Source: an uncultured archaeon (GTDB lineage: Archaea > Iainarchaeota > Iainarchaeia > Iainarchaeales > CSSED10-239). From it: a stretch of 64,000 nucleotides of DNA. Numbering within the stretch: the stretch's first letter is position 1; each line of letters opens with the position of its first letter. Location of the stretch: NCBI GenBank assembly GCA_964591795.1, contig CAZQEL010000001.1, positions 12,189 through 76,188 of the forward strand, written 5' to 3'. Under the pieces are notes generated by a model that was given only the letters and a program-made list of their open reading frames with translations, was not told the DNA's origin and made no database searches. The position numbers and the translations under genes were made by a program. Below are positions 36,051-46,345 of the stretch, piece after piece.

Positions 36051-38339
36051 TTATTTAAATATTGGAGTAAATGGAAAATCAAAACTTTTATTTCCAGTAT
36101 CAGAAGTAATTGTTCCAACTAATCTATAATTTTGATAATAACAATAAATATCTTTTTCACTAAGATTCATTAAAGGATCATAATACCATTTTAAATTTGC
36201 AGGTTCTATTTTATATTCATAAATTCCAAGTTTAGGATTTAACTCACCTATAATTATAAATTTATTAGTATACACCGGAAGTTCTTTTTTTAAAAAAGGA
36301 TTATAATTTATAAATTTATTAAAATTAATATTATTTTTAGCATAATAAATATTTAAATCATTTGCATTAATTATACCTTCATTATTTGAATAAAGAGAAT
36401 ATGTTTTAGAAAACTTAAGCTCAGTTGAAACTGGCATTATTTCATCAGTTAAATCATAATAATCACACAAAGAACATTCTTCATTCAAAGAAAATACACT
36501 AGGTATACTTTGAGAAATAAATGAACTAAAATCTTCTTTATTTGCAGAATTAATATTTATTTTTCCAGTATTATAATCGAAATTAGAATTTGGATTTTTT
36601 ATATAACATCCAGAATTAATATTTATAGCTCTATTAGTTGTTGATATAATGGAATTATTATCTTCAGTTAAAGTTGAAATGGTTGAAACTTTTGATGGAA
36701 GATAACTACCATTTTCTAAAACATTAATTTTTAAGTCAGAAGTATTTGCAGACACATTTTTTTTACTATTTAATATTAATTGTAACTTTTTAGATTTATT
36801 AATTAAGTAATCAATAAAAATATTTTGTGTATAACCAGGAATGCCGTCTACTCCATTATTTCCAACAACACCTTTTAAACCAGCTTTATTAGCTTCTAAA
36901 TTTAAATTAAAAATATTTGTGTTTTTTAAAATATCTACTTTGAAATTAGAATTATAACTTCCACCATTACCACCATTACCAACTTCACCAACCTCGTAAT
37001 GATTATTTTTAGAACCACCATTATTTCCTTTACCAGTGAACGCATTAAAATTAAAAATACCATTATTATTTATTTGACTAAATTCATATTGTGGATTAAT
37101 ACAATCAAAACCATCAGAACTCCATCCTACTTGACAAAAAAATATAGAACCACCAGCACCACCATCTCCACCTTTTGCATAATCACTAGCTCTACCACCA
37201 TCAAAACCAGTGTTAGCACCCTTACCACCATTTCCTGCTAAAAGATTTACATTAAAATTATTATTATTTAATATTTTATTTATATAAAAAATAATATTTC
37301 CACCAGCACCACCAAAACCACCAGGTCCAGGATGATGAGACCAGTACACAGTACAAGAAGTTCTTCCAGCATAAGATCCATCACCACCAAAACCACCATT
37401 TCCTGCAATTAAATTTAAATCGAAATTCCCATTATTATCTAAATTATCTAAAATAAAAAATATATTTCCTGCAGGATTTGCATCAGATCCTTTTTGTCCA
37501 TTACACATATATGGAACTTGACCATTTTGACTATTTTGAGATTTTAAAGTTAAATCTAGCACACCATTATTTATAAGTGTATTTCCATTAAAATAAATAC
37601 TTCCACTATATGGTGTATAAGGTAAATTTAATTCAGCACAAAAAGTTTGAGGTATATTCATATTAAAATTAAGTTTTGAATTTTTAAAAACATTTAATTG
37701 TTTAAATTTAAAAGTAATGTGATCATGAATATAATCATCAAAACCACTAGAACAAACAAATCTTGTTTTTGAAACCATATTAATTAAAGAAGTACCAGAT
37801 ATATTTACAATAGGAACATCCAAATCAAAAGTTGCAGAACCTAACTTATTATTATTATTCACAAAAATATCAATATCATGATTATTTGTATTTAAAGTAT
37901 CAACTCCTGAAAGAGTAATATCTTTTGTATTATTTTTCATTTCAAAATTTAAATCAACATTTAAAACTAAATTTATTTTTTGATTAGTACAAGAAGATTG
38001 TTTAGTGAAAACCAAATCAGAATAATAAAATATTTTTGATGGAGAAGGTATGTAAGATGTAATTGCTTGTTCAATACAGTCTCTATATTGCTCATAGGTT
38101 TCATAATAATTACCAATTATATAATTAGTTTTACAAACAGATTCTGCATCTATAAATGCTGAAGTCTTATCAGTAGAATTAAAAAATGTAAAATAACACT
38201 CATCAGCAGTAGTACAACCTAAATCTACTTTAGTTAATTCAAATGGAGTATTTATAGAACATACTTCAGAAAAAACATATGATTGTATAAATAATAAAAA
38301 AACTATTAAAGTAATTGTTATTATTATTTTTTTAATCAT
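36051..38339 (-). CDS. Secreted Cys-rich and Gly-rich repeat protein (762 aa), probably a beta-helix.
   Basis: Signal peptide. A Cys-rich N-domain. Tandem degenerate repeats such as AGNIFFILDNLDNNGNFDLNLIAGNGGFGGDG, GGAGGNIIFYINKILNNNNFNVNLLAGNGGKGANTGFDGG and GGDGGAGGSIFF. Confidence 0.7.
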   Translation of the reverse strand: MIKKIIITITLIVFLLFIQSYVFSEVCSINTPFELTKVDLGCTTADECYFTFFNSTDKTSAFIDAESVCKTNYIIGNYYETYEQYRDCIEQAITSYIPSPSKIFYYSDLVFTKQSSCTNQKINLVLNVDLNFEMKNNTKDITLSGVDTLNTNNHDIDIFVNNNNKLGSATFDLDVPIVNISGTSLINMVSKTRFVCSSGFDDYIHDHITFKFKQLNVFKNSKLNFNMNIPQTFCAELNLPYTPYSGSIYFNGNTLINNGVLDLTLKSQNSQNGQVPYMCNGQKGSDANPAGNIFFILDNLDNNGNFDLNLIAGNGGFGGDGSYAGRTSCTVYWSHHPGPGGFGGAGGNIIFYINKILNNNNFNVNLLAGNGGKGANTGFDGGRASDYAKGGDGGAGGSIFFCQVGWSSDGFDCINPQYEFSQINNNGIFNFNAFTGKGNNGGSKNNHYEVGEVGNGGNGGSYNSNFKVDILKNTNIFNLNLEANKAGLKGVVGNNGVDGIPGYTQNIFIDYLINKSKKLQLILNSKKNVSANTSDLKINVLENGSYLPSKVSTISTLTEDNNSIISTTNRAININSGCYIKNPNSNFDYNTGKININSANKEDFSSFISQSIPSVFSLNEECSLCDYYDLTDEIMPVSTELKFSKTYSLYSNNEGIINANDLNIYYAKNNINFNKFINYNPFLKKELPVYTNKFIIIGELNPKLGIYEYKIEPANLKWYYDPLMNLSEKDIYCYYQNYRLVGTITSDTGNKSFDFPFTPIFK

Positions 38340-38368
38340 ATTTGACTTTCCTTTTTTTTTAAATAATT

Positions 38369-38743
38369 TTAAGATAATTTAAATAAAACATTAATGTTTT
38401 CATCAGAATATTCTATAGTTTGAAATTTAATAAAAAATTTGTGTAAATTATTATTTTGTTTAATTTTACTTGGAACTAGTATTTTAAAAATAACTAAGTT
38501 ATTATTAAGCACACTAACATTTAAATCATAAATATCAGTAAAAACTGAATTATTAAATGTTTGAAATTTACCATTTGAAAAATTAGAAGAGTCTATTAAA
38601 TTTAAAGGTATACCATCATCTCCTTTTATAACCCCAAACACAAAAGGATTTACATATATTTCATCATCAAAACTATAACTAGCAGCAACTACAAATGAAT
38701 AAAAAATTATTATTGCAAAAAATAAATATAGAAATCTCTTCAT
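38369..38743 (-). CDS. Small secreted protein (124 aa).
   Basis: N-terminal signal peptide MKRFLYLFFAIIIFYSFVVAAS. ORF in the cluster. Confidence 0.5.
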   Translation of the reverse strand: MKRFLYLFFAIIIFYSFVVAASYSFDDEIYVNPFVFGVIKGDDGIPLNLIDSSNFSNGKFQTFNNSVFTDIYDLNVSVLNNNLVIFKILVPSKIKQNNNLHKFFIKFQTIEYSDENINVLFKLS

Positions 38744-38814
38744 AAATAATTACACTTGAATATTATCCTTGAACTATAAAATATAGTTAAGCAATATATT
38801 TATATATATTACTT

Positions 38815-41800
38815 TTAACTACATTTTAAAGCATCACGTTCAGCTATAAATTCTTCAGGATAAATTTCAGCAGGGTTATAGAAAAACTCAGAAGAAGAAC
38901 CATCTGTTGAATTTAGAACACAAATCTGATTTTCTGCAATTAAATCAAACACACTCTTTATAGAATTAATACTAGAAACTGCAGTTTGATATCCTAATGA
39001 AACATTTGGACTAAAGTCAGTTCCATTTAATGAAAATTTAACACCAACATCTTGATCTGACTTATTCTCAAGAGTATATGTTTCTTTTTCAGGAGCATAG
39101 AAAATAGTTCTTAAATAAATTTCACCTGTTTTAATAACTTGTGGCCAATCTAAAATATAGGATGATTGAGGACCATTAAGTGATGCATATCTATCATAGT
39201 AAGCCATGTTAAATATACTATTTCCTGAAAAGTCACAGCCAGAACCAACACCAGTCCATCTTAAAAGAGAAGATGAGTCTGTAAGTGTATTATCTGACTT
39301 ATCTTTCAACCTATAAAACACATTTAATGGATTAGTATTATTTTTTGTAACTTCCATTAAAATTGGCACAGCTTCACTTTTGCTTAAAATTAAATCAATA
39401 TTATTTGCATTATATTTAACACTTAAAATATTACCTCTAGTTTCAAGAGAAGAATTAATTCTATAAAAATCACTTGAATTAGTAATATTTATATTTCTTA
39501 ATGCATTTGAACCATTATCTAAATCTGATTTTACATTATCTCCATCAATATTAATTATATCTCCAGTATAACTTACACCATATCCTTGTCTATTATAACC
39601 TGAATTTGTTTGACCAACAAATCCATTGAATGGTATTCTATAAAATACACTATCTGTTTCTGGTGATTGTAAAAATCTAAATGTTACATAAGTATTTAAA
39701 TCTACTTGATCAGCAACATCTGTAAATCTCCAACTACTATCATTAAATAAAAAATCAATTTTAATTTTATATTTACCAGGACTTGTTAGATTCACATTAT
39801 TTTTTTCGCTTGAATATTGTTTTATAAAATATAAATTATTCTTAAAAAGTTCAGATAAATAACCATTACTAAATACTTCTGGTGAAGACATAAAAGTATA
39901 AATTCCTGTTCCAGAACCATCTTCTTTAGATGCTAAACCACCATATGCAACATCAAAATCATTTATAAAATTTTGATTATAGTTATCTGTTATTAAATAC
40001 GCGTCAAACTCTAAAAGTTTTTTAAAATCTATAATATCCTGTTGACTCCAACCATTTCCATTAACATTATCAGGATACATATTTTTATTAAACCATAAAT
40101 CAAGATAACTAATTCCATTATAATTAGCTGTAGTTGAAGGAACCTTACAATCTGTTACTGGTGCTTCATCATATATATCTAAAGACACTATTGATTCAAA
40201 TTTATTATTTTGCATATCAACAGATTCACCAGTAAGATTAATATTTAAAGATAAATCATCACCAATTATTGGTGAATTTGAACTTTCAGTAAATTCTAAA
40301 ACTATTTCTGAAAAAGTATCATCTTCAGAAATATTTAAAGTTACAGGTATTAAATTTAAAGCTTCAGTAAAACCAACTAAATCTCCATCAGCATTTCTAT
40401 AATAAGCAGCTGTAGGATATTCATTATTTAATTTAGCAACTATATTTCCAATTTTTATACTTCCAGATCTATTGTCTAAATAAATTTTAGAAATAAATTT
40501 ATTTTCTGCAGTACTTAATTCAACAGAATCAATACCAACTTTAGATACTGAAACATTATTATCAGCATTAATAGGTTCTGCATTTTTAATGTAATAAAAA
40601 CCATTTAAACTTTGAATTACTTGTTCTTGAGGACTTAAAGGATATAATACTGTTCTTTGTGATATGAATTCTTCAGCTTTATTTATTCTGTTTAAAACAA
40701 CTTGAGTTAATTGAGTTGAATCACAATATTTTTCAGAACATCTATTAATATCTTGAACTGACCAATCCCAATCTAATAATACATTTGGAACTGCACCAGA
40801 ACCAGTTTTACCAGTTTTACCAGTATCTGTAACACAATCTTGAACTACCAAATTATAATTTTGTGTTTCTTCTGGTTTAGTAATAAAAAATCCAAATCTA
40901 TAGTTTCCAATCTTTTCAGAATTTGCAAATGCAGGATCTTGTATTTCAACTGAATCTTCAAGTGTTGGATTAAATTCATAGTTTTTAAAATAATATTTCT
41001 TTGAATCATTATTAATGTGACTATATATGTTATCAGTAAAACTAAATTGTAATGGTTTTATTCCAGATTGCTCTGGCCATAATGTTTCATTAACTTTACA
41101 AGTATAAAACATTTCAGTTTCAAGTTGTATTCTATTTCTAGTTGGTTTTGCACCATAACATTTAATTGATTGAGATAAAACTCCATCTTCAATTGTTGGA
41201 TTAAATGAATTATCACAATTTCTATTTTTTATTATTTGAGAATAATAATCTTCAATACTTGAATTAGGATTATTACATAAAACATAATCTGTTAAAGATA
41301 AATCAGCGTCTTTTGTAAGTCTATCTTTAATTTTATTATAAATTTTATCTGAATCTTGTGTTCTTGTAATTAAATCATTATAAGTATAATATCTAGCACC
41401 AGTAATATCAAAAATATTTAAATAAGAAGATTCATCGGATACATCATCTACAGTGATTATTTTTAAAAATTCACCATTAGAAAGTGTATACTTTTGAGGA
41501 ACATCTAAATATTTATTATTTAAAACTGGATATGCAAATTCATTTTTCCAAGAAGTTGCTGCCCAAGAAACTAAAACAATCACAGCTAAAGTAATCCAAC
41601 CATAAACAGGAATAGCAGCTAAAACTGCAGCAAATCCAACAGATCCAGCTGCAGTAGCACTAGCAACTGCAATTTCAAGCGCTGCAGCAGTAGCAATACT
41701 TAAACCAACCGCAGTAACAGTTGCTGCAGCTAAAACAGTTATACCAATTGCAGCAGCAACAGGCATAGCACCTTCATCAGTAGTACCCATAAATTCTAAA

Positions 41801-44800
41801 TTTTCTAAGGATTTATAATTCATTTTTTGGAAAGCATCATCTTGTTTATTAAAAGTTGATGACAAATAATCAGAAAAGGTAGATGTAACAGTAACTCCAT
41901 TTTGAGCAATTTGAGCTTTATATTGTTCAACATCCTGAACTGTAGGAATAGAATTAACATAATCCCAAGGAGTCTGTTCTAAATTATTATTATATAATCT
42001 TACACTTTCAGAAACTTTAGTAGTATCTGAAATTTCAATAAAAGGATCCTCCATCCATAAACCACTAGAATCTTTTGCATTTATTTTTAATAAAGCATAA
42101 GCTGAAGTAACTTCACGTCCAATATTATTAACAACAGATATTTTATTGTTTAAAACATAAGCACCAGGAGCAATAGTTGAATCTTTTCTTTTAATTGAAA
42201 CAGTTTTTTCTGAGTCTAAAAGACTAAAATTTAAAATACCATTTTCTTCATCAGTATTATCAATAGATAAATCTCTACAGGAATAATCATTTCCTTCACA
42301 AAGATCCATTTTTAATGTTGCTTTACCAAAACATTCGTTTTTAATAGTTAGATCTTTAGCTACAGTATCCTCAAGAACAAAAAGACCACCAGAATTAATT
42401 TTTTCTCCACCATCATAATAGGATAAACATTGTGTTAAATCCATAATTGATATATTTGCTTTTAATAAAATATCATTAGAACCTTTATTTACAAAAGTTA
42501 AACCCTCTTCTGTTTCTACTTGAGCATTTAAATAAATATCAGTTTTTACTTCTGCAAATTTAGCACCATTTGTGTTAAATGCAATTTCAACAGTATATTC
42601 TTCTTCAGGTCTCATTTCATTAATTAAAATTCTATAATAATTTTCTGATAATTGTATTTGATTAGAAGCACCTGAACCAATTAATTTTAAGAAATAAATA
42701 CCATATCTATCTCCATTAGATTTAATTTTTGCTTGAACATTCTTAATTGTTATAGGTAAATTTCCTTCTTTAGAGATACAAGTGTTTTTTATTTTTAAAG
42801 TTGTAGATTGGGTTGTTGTTGAAACAACTGTATTCCATTCACCAGCACTTTGAGTAACAACTAAACAATCATCTTCTAAAACACCGTTTCCAACAGATAA
42901 TTTTACATTAACAGGAATATTAAATAAATATTTTTGATTATTTAATAAATAAGTGGCAGTTAAAGCACCTAAAATATTTTCACTTACAGAATGTGATTGA
43001 GCACTTTCAGAAGGTGCAAATTTAATTAAAATTTCTTTAGATTCGTTTGCAGGTATTACAAAACCATCAGGTGTACTAATTATTTGATTATTAAGATAAT
43101 TAACAGTTTGTAAAAGATTTAATAAATAGGATTTATTAAAAGAAACATCCTGTTCATTAAATTGATTTAAAATTAATGGATATGCAGTTTTATTTTTAAG
43201 TTCTAAAGTATATATCTCCCCATCCATATTTGTCTTATGAATAAATACTTCTAATGGTGAATTTGAATTAATTATTTCAGAATTATTAAAAATATCAATA
43301 ATATCTCTAGTAATTGAAAATTCAACTGGATCTGCAAAATATTTAGATTTAATAGATTCAATTATAAAAGTTTCTCCTGGTCTTAAAGATGGAAGACTAA
43401 TTGTAGCTTTTCCTTCTGCATCAGTTGTTCTACCAGTTGAAACTATAGTTGTTCCAGTTATTGTTTTTTGTAAAATATTAATATTTGCACTCTCAACAGC
43501 ATTTCCAGTAGTATCTTTAACAATTACGGTTAATGTAAATGGAACACCAGGTACAATATTTTTAGGTTCATAATCAACTATCATTTTATCAAGATCTGAT
43601 ACAACAAAGTTAATTGGTAAAGTATAAATTACTGATTGTTCAGAAACAATTCTAGTTTGAAGTTTTGATTGTCCTAAAATTAATGGGAATAATTTTAAAT
43701 TAAAATTTATATTTGAAAACGGATTTAAATTATCCTTTAAAAGTTCATTTTCATAAAATGGAAGTTTAAAATTAGTTTCTCCAGTTGCAGTTTCGCCCAC
43801 TGATGAAAATTCACCTGTAACATCATATGATTTAATACCAACCATAGCTGTAGGATTACCTTCAGAATTAACATTAACTGCTGAAAGTCTAGCATCAGGA
43901 TAATTATTAGGTGATGAGTTTGTTATTTGATATTCTAAAGTATAATCAGAGTTAACAAGCATTGGAATATTTTTATTTCCTCCAATATCATATCTTAATC
44001 CTTCTGAAACATCAACATATTGTCCTGAGAAACAAAATGTAGTATTACAAAGACTTGTTGCTTCTACAAAATATTGTAATTGAGTATAATTTTGAGTCAT
44101 GTAGTTTATAGATGTAATTGATGATGTATAAAAGAAAGATACTTTATCATTAGTTTGTGCATTTCTAATTCTTACAGGAATTGTAATTTCATGAACTGAT
44201 GCTGGAAAATCATTTACTTGTATATTTACAAGTTTTGATTCTAAATAATTACTTGAATTTGAAAAAGGTTCACTCTCATAATAAACAGCTACACCTAAAG
44301 AGTTATTTTCAGACATTATAAAAATAATATCATCACTAACATTTATTTCACTTCCAGCTCTAAGTGTAAAATTAAAATTTGTACTTGAAGATGGCATTAT
44401 AATTTTATATTTTAAATAAAATACTTGATTATTTTTTAAAGATTCAACTTCTTGATAGTCAGTATTATATAAACCTAAATATTCAGTAACAACATCTTCA
44501 GTTGTAAGCGCTCTTTCTAAAATAATATTTTTAATAATAGTTTTACTTTTATAAATTCTAAACATTTCAGTAAAATAAGGTAAATAACCATCAGTTTCTA
44601 TTTTTATGAAAACTTTTTTATCTGCTTTTATTTGATTTTGCAAAGTACCATTAGCTGAAGCCATTGCAGTTCCTAAAACAGCACCTGTTTCTGAATAAAA
44701 AGTTACTGTTGAATTACCAACTATTTCTTCTAATTTATTTTTTACATTTAAATTAATTGTTCCTTTTCCAATAATAACAGGAAGAGTAATATTTGTATCT

Positions 44801-46332
44801 GTTGGTGGTAAATTATGATATTCAGAAGAAATTTCTTCAATATAAAGATTCTTTGTCTTAACTGTAAAGTTTAAATCTGGAATATTTTTAAAAACTGCAT
44901 TTCCATTTTCATCAGAAATACTAAAATCAAATCTAGGATCAATATATTGCCCATCAGCATCATATAACCAAGATTTAATACCAATAATTGGTTTATCATC
45001 TTCGTCTTTTATTGAAACAATAATATTTGAAACATTACTTATAGTTATTTTTTCTAAATTAAAAGTATATATGTTTAATGAATTAGATACTGACATTAAA
45101 TTTCCAGGAATGTACCCTTCTGCTGCTACTTTAAGTGAATAATTTTTATTAGTATCTACATTAAAAATAAAACCTTCATGAAGTTGTCTATCTTCAACAT
45201 TTTGATTTCCATCTAAAAGTAAAGTAACAATAGGATTTGTAGAAGCATCTAAAACAATACCTGTATCTCTATCTTTTACAAAAACAGTTATTTCATTTAA
45301 AATAATTTCTTGATTTGTATCTGGATCAATAACAGGACTAATTCCATCTCCAGTATCAATCATATTAATAGTAATTTCAGACATTGCATTTTTTATAACA
45401 ATTACATCTTCTTGTGATGCTAAATATCTATTTTGAACATCTGTAGCTTTAACAACATAATCACCAATAGGAATAGAATCAAAAGATCCAACCCCAAAGT
45501 TTGATTGAATTGTTTTTATTGAACTAACAGGATCATCAACTGAGAATATTTTTAAAGTAATTGAGTCTTCAATATAATACTCTCCACTCATTAAAGAAAC
45601 ATAAGCAGATCCAACTTCTAAAGAAATTTCTTTTGGACTTAATCTAATGATTGAATCAGACATTTTTATTGGAATACTTGTAGCATTATATTTATCACTT
45701 ACTACATTTGCATAAAGAGTTTTACAGCTTGAAGGAACTTCTAAAGACACAGAACCATCAACTGTTTCTATTGATGAAGGTGTAATTACATCTCCATTAT
45801 CACAAATAATAGTTACACTTAAAGCATCTTTAATTTTTTGTTCAGTTAAAGCATCTTGAAAATATACAATTTTTGGAAAATTAACTGGAATATTTAAAAG
45901 ACCGATTATAAAATTAAAAGTTTGTCTATCAAAAATTAGTTCTTGTTCATAATAGTCATAACCTTCTTGTTCAACAATAAACAAATAAGAATTATTTTTA
46001 TTTAAGGTGATTTTAAAAGAACCAGCAACATTTGTAGTATAATTATTTGTAGTTCCGTCTGATATGTTTCTAAGTTTAAAATCAAAATTACTTAAAATAT
46101 TATTTTCATTATCAGCAAGCCTTAAAGTTACATCAATGTTATTTGATTTTAATGAACCTAAACTTGAACCAAAAATTAAATAAAGTACTATTAAAATAAT
46201 TAAAATGAATAAAAAAAAAGAAGTTAAAGGATACTTTTTATCTAAAGGACCTGTTATTTTCTTAATTGGAATTCTATTATCTATCCCTGTAAGAATATTT
46301 TGCCATGTCTCTTTAAAACTCATAAAAATCAC
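38815..46332 (-). CDS. Giant membrane-anchored surface protein (2505 aa). It has an N-terminal signal anchor, ~1400 aa of beta-sandwich repeats, an internal Ala-rich hydrophobic segment and the family C-terminal module.
   Basis: N-terminal TM FFLFILIILIVLYLIF. Repeats VEQEGYDYYEQELIF, VAAEGYIPGNL, IETDGYLPYFTEMF. Internal hydrophobic block AMPVAAAIGITVLAAATVTAVGLSIATAAALEIAVASATAAGSVGFAAVLAAIPVYGWITLAVIVLVSWAATSW. C-terminal motifs LLDWDWSVQDINRCSEKYCDSTQ, FYRIPFNGFVG...RQGYGVSYTGD, WTGVGSGCDFSG and ...ICVLNSTDGSSSEFFYNP. Confidence 0.8.
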   Translation of the reverse strand: MIFMSFKETWQNILTGIDNRIPIKKITGPLDKKYPLTSFFLFILIILIVLYLIFGSSLGSLKSNNIDVTLRLADNENNILSNFDFKLRNISDGTTNNYTTNVAGSFKITLNKNNSYLFIVEQEGYDYYEQELIFDRQTFNFIIGLLNIPVNFPKIVYFQDALTEQKIKDALSVTIICDNGDVITPSSIETVDGSVSLEVPSSCKTLYANVVSDKYNATSIPIKMSDSIIRLSPKEISLEVGSAYVSLMSGEYYIEDSITLKIFSVDDPVSSIKTIQSNFGVGSFDSIPIGDYVVKATDVQNRYLASQEDVIVIKNAMSEITINMIDTGDGISPVIDPDTNQEIILNEITVFVKDRDTGIVLDASTNPIVTLLLDGNQNVEDRQLHEGFIFNVDTNKNYSLKVAAEGYIPGNLMSVSNSLNIYTFNLEKITISNVSNIIVSIKDEDDKPIIGIKSWLYDADGQYIDPRFDFSISDENGNAVFKNIPDLNFTVKTKNLYIEEISSEYHNLPPTDTNITLPVIIGKGTINLNVKNKLEEIVGNSTVTFYSETGAVLGTAMASANGTLQNQIKADKKVFIKIETDGYLPYFTEMFRIYKSKTIIKNIILERALTTEDVVTEYLGLYNTDYQEVESLKNNQVFYLKYKIIMPSSSTNFNFTLRAGSEINVSDDIIFIMSENNSLGVAVYYESEPFSNSSNYLESKLVNIQVNDFPASVHEITIPVRIRNAQTNDKVSFFYTSSITSINYMTQNYTQLQYFVEATSLCNTTFCFSGQYVDVSEGLRYDIGGNKNIPMLVNSDYTLEYQITNSSPNNYPDARLSAVNVNSEGNPTAMVGIKSYDVTGEFSSVGETATGETNFKLPFYENELLKDNLNPFSNINFNLKLFPLILGQSKLQTRIVSEQSVIYTLPINFVVSDLDKMIVDYEPKNIVPGVPFTLTVIVKDTTGNAVESANINILQKTITGTTIVSTGRTTDAEGKATISLPSLRPGETFIIESIKSKYFADPVEFSITRDIIDIFNNSEIINSNSPLEVFIHKTNMDGEIYTLELKNKTAYPLILNQFNEQDVSFNKSYLLNLLQTVNYLNNQIISTPDGFVIPANESKEILIKFAPSESAQSHSVSENILGALTATYLLNNQKYLFNIPVNVKLSVGNGVLEDDCLVVTQSAGEWNTVVSTTTQSTTLKIKNTCISKEGNLPITIKNVQAKIKSNGDRYGIYFLKLIGSGASNQIQLSENYYRILINEMRPEEEYTVEIAFNTNGAKFAEVKTDIYLNAQVETEEGLTFVNKGSNDILLKANISIMDLTQCLSYYDGGEKINSGGLFVLEDTVAKDLTIKNECFGKATLKMDLCEGNDYSCRDLSIDNTDEENGILNFSLLDSEKTVSIKRKDSTIAPGAYVLNNKISVVNNIGREVTSAYALLKINAKDSSGLWMEDPFIEISDTTKVSESVRLYNNNLEQTPWDYVNSIPTVQDVEQYKAQIAQNGVTVTSTFSDYLSSTFNKQDDAFQKMNYKSLENLEFMGTTDEGAMPVAAAIGITVLAAATVTAVGLSIATAAALEIAVASATAAGSVGFAAVLAAIPVYGWITLAVIVLVSWAATSWKNEFAYPVLNNKYLDVPQKYTLSNGEFLKIITVDDVSDESSYLNIFDITGARYYTYNDLITRTQDSDKIYNKIKDRLTKDADLSLTDYVLCNNPNSSIEDYYSQIIKNRNCDNSFNPTIEDGVLSQSIKCYGAKPTRNRIQLETEMFYTCKVNETLWPEQSGIKPLQFSFTDNIYSHINNDSKKYYFKNYEFNPTLEDSVEIQDPAFANSEKIGNYRFGFFITKPEETQNYNLVVQDCVTDTGKTGKTGSGAVPNVLLDWDWSVQDINRCSEKYCDSTQLTQVVLNRINKAEEFISQRTVLYPLSPQEQVIQSLNGFYYIKNAEPINADNNVSVSKVGIDSVELSTAENKFISKIYLDNRSGSIKIGNIVAKLNNEYPTAAYYRNADGDLVGFTEALNLIPVTLNISEDDTFSEIVLEFTESSNSPIIGDDLSLNINLTGESVDMQNNKFESIVSLDIYDEAPVTDCKVPSTTANYNGISYLDLWFNKNMYPDNVNGNGWSQQDIIDFKKLLEFDAYLITDNYNQNFINDFDVAYGGLASKEDGSGTGIYTFMSSPEVFSNGYLSELFKNNLYFIKQYSSEKNNVNLTSPGKYKIKIDFLFNDSSWRFTDVADQVDLNTYVTFRFLQSPETDSVFYRIPFNGFVGQTNSGYNRQGYGVSYTGDIINIDGDNVKSDLDNGSNALRNINITNSSDFYRINSSLETRGNILSVKYNANNIDLILSKSEAVPILMEVTKNNTNPLNVFYRLKDKSDNTLTDSSSLLRWTGVGSGCDFSGNSIFNMAYYDRYASLNGPQSSYILDWPQVIKTGEIYLRTIFYAPEKETYTLENKSDQDVGVKFSLNGTDFSPNVSLGYQTAVSSINSIKSVFDLIAENQICVLNSTDGSSSEFFYNPAEIYPEEFIAERDALKCS

Positions 46333-46345
46333 CCTGTGTTAATAA

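Noticed and set aside
33936-37241. Small ORFs 33936-34121, 34895-35239 and 36999-37241 nested in the giant and Gly-rich genes.
   Set aside because: Alternate-frame or antisense ORFs wholly inside long, well-supported coding frames.
41550-41780. Considered whether the GC-rich Ala-codon island inside the 2505-aa gene is a foreign insertion or a hidden RNA gene.
   Set aside because: It is in frame and encodes a coherent hydrophobic Ala/Val/Ile-rich peptide. The GC richness is fully explained by the GCN/GTN codons of a transmembrane segment.
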